DNA from: a virus
Length of the DNA: 39,647 nucleotides
Direction: 5' to 3' (one strand)
Virus record (IMG/VR): IMGVR_UViG_3300011980_000001
Span: 1-39,647 of that record
In this document: in pieces, positions 33,806 to 39,647 of the stretch
Position numbering within the stretch: position 1 is the first letter of the stretch
Layout of the letters: each line of letters begins with the position of its first letter
Made by a program: the position numbers and the translations under genes
Notes under the pieces: model-generated
The model's database searches: none
What the model saw: only the letters and a program-made list of their open reading frames with translations
What the model was told of the DNA's origin: nothing

Positions 33806-34012
33806 TTAATCCTCTGTTGTTAGTAGCCTAATCAAATCAGGCTTAGAATTAGCATGTACGAGTTTAAGATACGCACTTTTAACCTCTCGTCTATGTTGTC
33901 TTACTACATCTAATAATGCTAACTTAGCGTATTCTATATTTCCATCATCCTCAAAATCTTCTAGGATTTCTTGAATTCTGGATAGAGCTTGTTGTTCCTG
34001 CTGATTATTCAT
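33806..34012 (-). CDS. Hypothetical protein (68 aa)
   Basis: Co-oriented ORF abutting its neighbours. Confidence 0.5.
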   Translation of the reverse strand: MNNQQEQQALSRIQEILEDFEDDGNIEYAKLALLDVVRQHRREVKSAYLKLVHANSKPDLIRLLTTED

Positions 34013-34300
34013 TTAAATATCCTTTATTGATAGTTTATTAGCTTTTGGATTGTACACTATACTCGCAGAATCTAAATCGTTAGCAAGATTATACATTTCA
34101 AAAAAACGAGCATCACGATTTTGAAGAGAGTTTATAGAGTACAATCTTTTATGCGCAGCTCTACGAATCTCATCTACACGCCCACTACAGCGATGACTGT
34201 AGCCATAGTAATAGTTGTATTTTATCCACTTATGACACTTGTCGCACTGGATAGATGATTGTATATCTGGGTTCTCAGCCAAGGCGTCTCTTATTCTCAT
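34013..34300 (-). CDS. Small Cys/His protein (95 aa)
   Basis: CDKCHK...YSHRC motif, as in 33060..33266. Confidence 0.55.
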   Translation of the reverse strand: MRIRDALAENPDIQSSIQCDKCHKWIKYNYYYGYSHRCSGRVDEIRRAAHKRLYSINSLQNRDARFFEMYNLANDLDSASIVYNPKANKLSIKDI

Positions 34301-34438
34301 CTATTTTTCTAATTTGGGTATATCAATCTTAACCTTAGATTCTTTACGCAGTTTACTATTGCATATAAGACAGCGTTGTTTACGCCCAAACATGGGATAA
34401 TACTCCACCCACTCATCACATTTCTCACAATACAACAT
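34301..34438 (-). CDS. Mini zinc-ribbon protein (45 aa)
   Basis: Not in the track. MLYCEKCDEW...RCLICNS gives two CxxC pairs. Its stop abuts the next ATG. Confidence 0.45.
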   Translation of the reverse strand: MLYCEKCDEWVEYYPMFGRKQRCLICNSKLRKESKVKIDIPKLEK

Positions 34439-34496
34439 TACAGGCTTCCTTTCCTACATCCCATTACTATAAGCTTTACTACTCATATTTGCTTCC

Positions 34497-34802
34497 CTAT
34501 ATATACCTTCCATCGTTATAAGTTTTGCCACTCTTTATATATGTTGCTATTTTTATAACGACCTCTTCCATGCTTTTACCTTCGGCTTGGACAAAGTGCT
34601 TGTAGTCTTCATCTTCATCATCTGGCTCTTCGAACCTCGCCCAATATCCAAAGCCTTCAAAAGTTTTTGTACTGTATGATAAAGAAAACTCACCGCCAGT
34701 ATGCTTTTTCAGGTATTCTTCGATATAACCAAGCCCCACAGCACTCTGTTCACAATCAATAGCCTTTAGTTCTGATGATATATTCTTGCTATGTTCTTTC
34801 AA
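34497..34802 (-). CDS. Hypothetical acidic protein (101 aa from a TTG); may be the C-terminal part of a longer product
   Basis: The only start is a TTG without an SD. The frame is open for 27 more codons upstream, up to an in-frame TGA. Confidence 0.45.
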   Translation of the reverse strand: MKEHSKNISSELKAIDCEQSAVGLGYIEEYLKKHTGGEFSLSYSTKTFEGFGYWARFEEPDDEDEDYKHFVQAEGKSMEEVVIKIATYIKSGKTYNDGRYI

Positions 34803-34883
34803 GATGTGATATGTTTTATTGAATAGACTAATAGCACTAGACTCTTTCTTGCCATAACAAGAGTCTAATAGTTCTTCCAGTTT

Positions 34884-35039
34884 TCAGTACACATGGTCAA
34901 GGACAAACTCATATCCGCCCAGTCTTTCAAGCACCTCTTTGTCCGCATAAGTCTCGCCATGAAAACTTATTTTGCCAAGAGTATCATTTAACAACCTTTT
35001 TATATAATCTTCGTCGCTCATGTTATTTTGACTTTCCAC
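34884..35039 (-). CDS. Hypothetical protein (51 aa from the GTG at 35039), ends at a TGA in frame with 34497..34802
   Basis: GGAAGGAG lies 7 nt before the GTG. The track ORF extends to 35075. Confidence 0.45.
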   Translation of the reverse strand: MESQNNMSDEDYIKRLLNDTLGKISFHGETYADKEVLERLGGYEFVLDHVY

Positions 35040-35040
35040 A

Positions 35041-35232
35041 CTAAATCTCCTTCCCGTTTTTAAAACATTTACCATTACCTATTTCTCCACCAAGAGACCT
35101 ACAACGAGCCGATAATTCAATCTGGCTATTGAGTTCGCTGCCGCTGATGCTCATGCTTAAGCCAATCAGTAAACCAAATACTACTAGGACGGTTAGCTCC
35201 GATTTAGTTGATTGCTCACTCTTTTCCATCAT
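35041..35232 (-). CDS. Small membrane-anchored protein (63 aa)
   Basis: ATGATG at 35232 with AGAGGTGGGA upstream. TM segment LTVLVVFGLLIGLSMSI. Confidence 0.5.
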   Translation of the reverse strand: MMEKSEQSTKSELTVLVVFGLLIGLSMSISGSELNSQIELSARCRSLGGEIGNGKCFKNGKEI

Positions 35233-35461
35233 TCCCACCTCTGTTATTTTCGTTGACTGTTGGTTGATTATCCTGACCAGCAATCTGAATATCATCCATA
35301 TCAACAAACTCCGCATTAACAACTGCTGCAATCTGTTGGTAATTATCTTTGCTTGAGCCGGTATAACCTAAATCTATTTTTACGAAATTGATTTGACCAG
35401 CAGACTCGCCTGTAACTAATATGGCTTGATGTTTGCTTGATATGTAGATTAGTTTTTTCAT
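35216..35461 (-). CDS. Hypothetical protein (81 aa)
   Basis: AAGAAAGGAAA SD. First gene after the non-coding element. Confidence 0.55.
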   Translation of the reverse strand: MKKLIYISSKHQAILVTGESAGQINFVKIDLGYTGSSKDNYQQIAAVVNAEFVDMDDIQIAGQDNQPTVNENNRGGNDGKE

Positions 35462-35500
35462 AATTATTTCCTTTCTTATTTACACGAAATCGTGTAGTTT

Positions 35501-35769
35501 AATTCAACCGCAGAACTGGTGGCTATATAAGGTGATGATTTGACGAGAGGCTTCAATCCTTCACGCGTTAGCAATAATGCTACTATAGCGTCGTTTCAGT
35601 ACTCGTATAGTCACATCACAGTTACGCAACTGACTTTTCCCTATTTTACATTATGCGGCTTTTTGCTTTCATCCCAGGGGTCGTATTTTCGTACGAGGCT
35701 TAGTCTAAGCTGTCAGTTAATCTTTACCTTTTTCGCCACTTATATAGCCACCAGTTATGCGGTTGAATT
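35501..35769. other. 269-bp non-coding element bounded by 31-bp near-perfect inverted repeats (candidate structured RNA or MITE-like insertion)
   Basis: aattcaaccgcagaactggtggctatataag (35501..35531) matches the reverse complement of cttatatagccaccagttatgcggttgaatt (35739..35769) at 30/31 positions. It lies in a 360-bp gap with no credible ORF. Confidence 0.7.
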
Positions 35770-35821
35770 GTTAATGTTCGCCCAGTTTTTCGACGTGTGG
35801 TAGGTCAATGGTTAACGGTGT

Positions 35822-36001
35822 TTATGCATTACTCTCATCTTCGTCAACTTCTACGTCGAAAAAATGTAAAGTCGTACAGTTTGGACATTGTAGATTAACG
35901 TTATACTGGTCTTCTCCTGAGTCGTAGCTTAGCTCGAGCGTTTGGTCTTCAATAAGACAGCCGCAGTTGCCACAAATCGTATGTAGTTTTGCCATTACCA
36001 T
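35822..36001 (-). CDS. Mini zinc-ribbon protein (59 aa)
   Basis: Not in the track. TAATG overlap with the upstream stop. ICGNCGC ... QCPNC. Confidence 0.5.
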   Translation of the reverse strand: MVMAKLHTICGNCGCLIEDQTLELSYDSGEDQYNVNLQCPNCTTLHFFDVEVDEDESNA

Positions 36002-36582
36002 TATTCAACTCCAAAATAAATCAACCAGTCTTCTCGGTTTTCTTCGATGGATTTTTCAGCTTCTATCCAGGTTCTATAATATGCAACATCTCCGTAGTCA
36101 ATAAAATCAATAGACACAGAGTTTAACTTTTCTTCCTCATAGTCGTAGCCGACAACCCAGCCGACTTTACCGTTCTTAAAGTCTGGCTTGAATGTTGAGG
36201 TTTGGCGTAGTCTAACTTTAGCCAGTTTACGTTTTCTAGCCTTTTCACAGTCTTGCGAGGTGCGATAGGCGTTACCGAACCTGAGAAGGTTACGGTGGTA
36301 TGAACTATTTACATTAAAATATGTAAAAGCTATATCGTGATTCTTATCAAGATACCAAATCTTTTCATCTTTCTTGGGCTTCCAGTGAATACTGTCTGTC
36401 GGTTCTTGGATTTCCTCGAACCATTCTGTGAGAATATTCGGGAACTTTTCAAGCGTCGATTGGGCGTAAGCCATAATACCAAAACCGCCATCATCATAGA
36501 CTAAAGCACCATATTCAGATATATAGAATAAATCTCCAGCTTTGAAGGTCGGTAAATCTTTAAGTAGTTTATAGCGTTTCAT
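36001..36582 (-). CDS. Hypothetical protein (193 aa)
   Basis: Largest ORF of the AT-rich early block. No motif recognised. Confidence 0.6.
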   Translation of the reverse strand: MKRYKLLKDLPTFKAGDLFYISEYGALVYDDGGFGIMAYAQSTLEKFPNILTEWFEEIQEPTDSIHWKPKKDEKIWYLDKNHDIAFTYFNVNSSYHRNLLRFGNAYRTSQDCEKARKRKLAKVRLRQTSTFKPDFKNGKVGWVVGYDYEEEKLNSVSIDFIDYGDVAYYRTWIEAEKSIEENREDWLIYFGVE

Positions 36583-36584
36583 AA

Positions 36585-36731
36585 TTACAACCTAATCCAT
36601 TTCTGCCATAAAGCTACTTTATTCTTCCAGATGTGATTGATAGATTTGTAGCGATTCCAATGATGATACATCATATCAATCATTCCATCGTTTGTAAGAT
36701 TGTTTAATTTATCTATCGTTGTCATTTTCAT
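36585..36731 (-). CDS. Hypothetical small protein (48 aa)
   Basis: Not in the track. AGGAAGGG lies 6 nt before the ATG. Fills the gap between annotated ORFs. Confidence 0.35.
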   Translation of the reverse strand: MKMTTIDKLNNLTNDGMIDMMYHHWNRYKSINHIWKNKVALWQKWIRL

Positions 36732-36791
36732 GTAAAACCCTTCCTAAGTTATAGCCAATAAGAAATCCTAGTAATCCCCAAATGCCACACA

Positions 36792-36983
36792 TTATATTCC
36801 CATCTCCCTATAAATTGCCTTTGCACTCTTGAAGTCGTAGCCAAGTTGATTTAACAACTTGCGGCTATCTGCTTTCCTGGTATACCACTCAGCAGAAGCA
36901 TATTGTTCATGTGTAGCCTTACCTTTACTTAGCAGATTTCCTACAAACAAGGCTGCTGCGAAACTATATTCTGATTTTTTCAT
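36792..36983 (-). CDS. Hypothetical protein (63 aa), first gene behind promoter-leader cassette copy 2
   Basis: The ATG lies inside the 64-bp repeat. Confidence 0.6.
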   Translation of the reverse strand: MKKSEYSFAAALFVGNLLSKGKATHEQYASAEWYTRKADSRKLLNQLGYDFKSAKAIYREMGI

Positions 36984-37042
36984 AAGATACCCTTTCTTTT
37001 ACACTTATCTTATGTATTTATAATAGCACACCGCTCAAGCAT
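36979..37042 (-). repeat. 64-bp promoter-leader cassette, copy 2 (identical to 1857..1920)
   Basis: Perfect identity read directly. Confidence 0.9.
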
Positions 37043-37048
37043 ATGCAA
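37020..37048 (-). promoter_or_regulatory. Sigma70-type promoter (TTGCAT - 17 nt - TATTAT, TGc extended -10)
   Basis: Same -10 box and spacer as 1898..1926. The -35 box has diverged. Confidence 0.6.
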
Positions 37049-37078
37049 TAGTTTTGTGCTATTATTTTTCTTATTTTT

Positions 37079-37477
37079 TCAGAATGGGCAATCCACCTCT
37101 GTTACGTCTGTGGAAAACTTTTTGCAAATAAGGTTTTCGGGTGCTTTTTCAATCACCGCAATAGCCTCATCGACGCCATTACATAAGTACGATTCAAACT
37201 TGTGTGCGGCTAATATCTGTAACCAGCGACGTTGGTCTTTGGTCGCTCCACTGCCACCATCCTTTCGTTTCAATTCAATGGCAATATTGCGGTCGCCATG
37301 AAAAATAAAAAAGTCAGGCACACCCTTTTTCACGCCCATACGTTTATTCATTGCACCCCGTGCGGCGTTACCGCCAGTTTCATTTGGCACATGAAAATGC
37401 TCAATACCACGTACCTCAAGCCAGCGGTGCAATTTCACTGCCTCTTTATATTCTCGGTGAACGGGGCGTTTATTCAC
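37079..37477 (-). CDS. VRR-NUC domain nuclease (PD-(D/E)XK)
   Basis: HVPNETGG...GVKKGVPDFFIF...IAIELKRKDGG..TKDQRRWL pattern. GTG at 37477 with GAGGAG 7 nt upstream. The track start is 37492. Confidence 0.7.
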   Translation of the reverse strand: MNKRPVHREYKEAVKLHRWLEVRGIEHFHVPNETGGNAARGAMNKRMGVKKGVPDFFIFHGDRNIAIELKRKDGGSGATKDQRRWLQILAAHKFESYLCNGVDEAIAVIEKAPENLICKKFSTDVTEVDCPF

Positions 37478-37691
37478 GCCCCTGCTCCTCACGTTGCCGC
37501 TTCATATTATCTAGCTGTGTGTCTTGTTTGAATTGCTCAACTGCATCTTGTGCTGATTTTAACTGCTCAAGCATCAAATCAAGGTCTATACCCTTAACAT
37601 GTGCCGTGTTCCATTTATTTGTAAGAATCAGAAAACTTCGTGCTGTTAGTATTGCCCAAGCAGCGTGTAACTTATCCAAAAATCCATCCAT
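37470..37691 (-). CDS. Hypothetical protein (73 aa)
   Basis: Co-oriented ORF, coupled to the VRR-NUC gene. Confidence 0.55.
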   Translation of the reverse strand: MDGFLDKLHAAWAILTARSFLILTNKWNTAHVKGIDLDLMLEQLKSAQDAVEQFKQDTQLDNMKRQREEQGRE

Positions 37692-37702
37692 ACTTCACCT
37701 CC

Positions 37703-37993
37703 TTAAAATGGGATATCACTTAAATCAATGGGCTCATCAATAGCATCAGTCTCTGATACGCCCATAACCTCTTTTGCTTCATCGATAGCAGTGTTGCCCT
37801 GCTTTTTTTCAATTGGGAAAACATTACAAAATCCGTCCCAATCACCTACGGGTATAACATTCAACTTAATGACAGTGCGGCGTTTGCCATTTTTCTCACC
37901 AGTCATCAACACACCAATATTTGTCCAGCGTGTTTTTTGCTCTCCGTCTTTTTCGTAACTTTCGCCTACTACTAGGTTATGCGTTGGTTTCAT
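37703..37993 (-). CDS. ssb: SSB-like protein (96 aa) with an acidic C-terminal DLSDIPF tip
   Basis: The C-terminal D-I-P-F motif is characteristic of bacterial and phage SSB tails. The body is short and OB-like. Confidence 0.55.
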   Translation of the reverse strand: MKPTHNLVVGESYEKDGEQKTRWTNIGVLMTGEKNGKRRTVIKLNVIPVGDWDGFCNVFPIEKKQGNTAIDEAKEVMGVSETDAIDEPIDLSDIPF

Positions 37994-38230
37994 TTATACT
38001 CTCTCCAAAATCTTTAGTTTGTCCATTGGTACTGCATAGCATGCTAGCTTACCGTTAGTGTCTGTTGGTGACTGTCTTATATCCTCACCACTCAAATAAT
38101 AGTGATTTGGTAAACTCTTAGCTTTCGTAAACACGATATCATTATGTAGACCTACCTTGTGCTTAGCTATTAGGACTACTCTATCTTTCTATCGTGGCTG
38201 CCAAATCTCAATTTTATTAGCTGGCGTCAT
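37994..38230 (-). pseudogene. 79-codon reading frame (78 sense positions plus the terminal TAA) interrupted by a single in-frame TAG at codon 14
   Basis: ATG at 38230, TAG at 38189..38191, then 64 more open codons ending at a TAA that abuts the ssb-like ATG. Confidence 0.4.
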
Positions 38231-38243
38231 TTGTGATAATTGT

Positions 38244-38540
38244 TTAACTTCTGGCACTACCATTAGTATGCTCCGCATCTGTAATAGTTATAGGTAATGA
38301 TTGCTGTGGGTCGTCATAATCAACCTGTGCCATAAACTCAGCAATGTCATCATCACTGCTGAACCGCAACTCTTTTGGCTGAACTTTGCGTGTAATGGTT
38401 ACCGTAACAACAGTATCATATCCGTATTGCTCACCAGTATCGATATCTATAAGCGGTTTATTCACTACTTTAAGCTTCACGCTTTTGTTAGGCTCATAAA
38501 CTGTTGTGTTAGTCAATTGTTTCTTCATCTTATTTACCAT
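38244..38540 (-). CDS. Hypothetical protein (98 aa)
   Basis: Co-oriented ORF. No motif recognised. Confidence 0.55.
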   Translation of the reverse strand: MVNKMKKQLTNTTVYEPNKSVKLKVVNKPLIDIDTGEQYGYDTVVTVTITRKVQPKELRFSSDDDIAEFMAQVDYDDPQQSLPITITDAEHTNGSARS

Positions 38541-38748
38541 ATCCTTTCGTTTTCTTTATATCATGCCATCGCTTTTTAGCTGCTGCACGTGCCACTTCTG
38601 GGTCTCGATAGCCGCCGCCTGGTATGTGCTTACGCTTTTTTGACAGCTTGCTAAAGTACTGTGGGTCACGTGCAAGCAATTTCGCTGTAGCTTTATGCAC
38701 GTGAATTGGCTGTGCTAGATTTGAATTATTTTTGACGTTTACTTTCAT
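38530..38748 (-). CDS. Small basic protein (72 aa)
   Basis: ATG at 38748 with AGGAG 7 nt upstream. K/R-rich. Confidence 0.5.
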   Translation of the reverse strand: MKVNVKNNSNLAQPIHVHKATAKLLARDPQYFSKLSKKRKHIPGGGYRDPEVARAAAKKRWHDIKKTKGYGK

Positions 38749-39028
38749 TCGCCATCTCCTCATACTTATTTGCTATCTTTACCAGTGCATAACCAAGTTC
38801 TCTTAACTCGCCAATGCTCCAGATTGAAAATGCGTCATTGAATAATTGAATATACTTGCCGCATATCTTGTGCTTATCATCAACCATTGAGTCAATTTCA
38901 CTACCCGACATAAGCACTACTGTGCCATTTGTGCGTAGCGTAAACTTCTCGCCGTACTGATTTTCAAAATGCACCTGTGGCAAACTTTTAATCACGTCAC
39001 ACATAGCGTCAACTTCTGTTCTTTTCAT
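38726..39028 (-). CDS. Hypothetical protein (100 aa)
   Basis: 4-nt overlap with the nuclease gene. Confidence 0.55.
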   Translation of the reverse strand: MKRTEVDAMCDVIKSLPQVHFENQYGEKFTLRTNGTVVLMSGSEIDSMVDDKHKICGKYIQLFNDAFSIWSIGELRELGYALVKIANKYEEMANESKRQK

Positions 39029-39594
39029 TTCTTATCTCCTTTCCAATCTTTGAACATTTTATTTGCAAGCAGATACTGCAATATCTCACCGCCAAACGTA
39101 ACTATATCCTCAAGAGCATTATCACGGTTCTCTTGAGTGAGGTATTTAATACCTACCGTCAGACCACCAGTATACGGGTTATAACAGAGGTAGCGACCAG
39201 TCTTGATGTGCGGCTTAAAAATACTGTAATAATCAAGCTGCATTTTATCTACATAGGCGCTTGCCTCTGTGCGACCACACTTATTGTCAGTAATCATATC
39301 GTCTTCTAGTATATCCATCACGCCAGATAACACAATTTGGTAATCGTCACTGAACGGTATAACTGCACGATATTTCTTTTGAACCTGAGGATTGTTCAGA
39401 GCGCCACCGCCAAGCTCTGGCGGCAGCTCTCCTGTTTTTTCAATGTACTCATTCCATTTCTCATCATACAGCTTACCCAGCTCCATAGCGTCAGTGGCTG
39501 GCAGGTCTTTGCCAAGGTACATACCGATGGCTTCTTCGTGCCGTCCCTCTTTCCAAGCACTGATGATACTATATGACAGCTTCAGTGTTTTCAT
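39025..39594 (-). CDS. PD-(D/E)XK exonuclease (Cas4/RecB-like fold), partner of the annealase
   Basis: GVMDILEDD...ITDNKCG...QLDYY gives a D...D-x-K...Q-x-x-x-Y pattern. AAGGGAAA SD. Contiguous with the annealase module on the closed circle. Confidence 0.6.
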   Translation of the reverse strand: MKTLKLSYSIISAWKEGRHEEAIGMYLGKDLPATDAMELGKLYDEKWNEYIEKTGELPPELGGGALNNPQVQKKYRAVIPFSDDYQIVLSGVMDILEDDMITDNKCGRTEASAYVDKMQLDYYSIFKPHIKTGRYLCYNPYTGGLTVGIKYLTQENRDNALEDIVTFGGEILQYLLANKMFKDWKGDKK

Positions 39595-39647
39595 CTCGTA
39601 TTTCCCTTGTCCAGTCTTTAATTTCTTGACAACTGATTAGTGGCTCG
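39570..39647. repeat. Terminal direct repeat, copy 2 (identical to 1..78)
   Basis: Read directly. Confidence 0.9.

Noticed and set aside
35501-35769. A retron msr-msd or DGR template, because of the flanking inverted repeats.
   Set aside because: There is no reverse transcriptase gene anywhere in the genome and no matching variable or template repeat pair.
35540-35803. An 87-aa plus-strand ORF inside the inverted-repeat element.
   Set aside because: It has a TTG start, no SD and the opposite orientation to all neighbours. It runs through the right-hand inverted repeat and its composition is not protein-like.
1-39647. Genome-wide stop-codon reassignment (TGA or TAG recoding), suggested by the two in-frame stops.
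   Set aside because: All large genes (terminase, portal, capsid, the 668-aa and 586-aa proteins, groEL-like) are intact under the standard code, and no suppressor tRNA gene was seen. The two cases are treated as local events.
1-39647. A temperate lifestyle (integrase, attP, CI-like repressor module).
   Set aside because: No integrase or recombinase, excisionase or partition gene was recognised. The single small HTH protein is not enough to call lysogeny.

Overview
This window is a complete, circularly closed dsDNA tailed-phage genome of about 39.57 kb; bases 1..78 are repeated exactly at 39570..39647. By eye I found no rRNA, tRNA, CRISPR array, integrase, reverse transcriptase, DNA polymerase, primase or helicase. 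Almost every gene is on the minus strand. (1) An early arm starts at a promoter near 3.1 kb and runs leftwards across the coordinate origin. It encodes a wHTH replication initiator with iterons inside the gene, a Rad52-like annealase, a PD-(D/E)XK exonuclease, an SSB-like protein and a VRR-NUC nuclease. It continues into an AT-rich block of very small genes (33.0-37.0 kb) holding several mini zinc-ribbon proteins, a 269-bp non-coding element bounded by inverted repeats, and two ORF pairs joined only by an in-frame stop codon. (2) A late arm runs from about 32.77 kb down to 7.56 kb. In order it encodes an HNH endonuclease, a HAD-like phosphatase, small and large terminase, portal and an acidic scaffold-like protein. 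An intrinsic terminator follows, then holin-like proteins with a T7-lysozyme/PGRP-type amidase, receptor-binding and fibre genes, and large virion proteins. The arm ends with four Q- or G-rich proteins and an HK97-type capsid gene with its own terminator. (3) Next come a leaderless-looking HTH gene and a small TM protein plus lysozyme-like pair. The only plus-strand genes are a terminator-insulated six-gene island (3192..6451) encoding GroES-like and GroEL-like chaperonins, and a lone C1q/TNF-like gene (20236..20676) antisense among the fibre genes. All functional calls come from motif recognition by eye, not database searches. The podovirus-like morphotype (no tape-measure, sheath or tube gene seen) and any host assignment are inferences.
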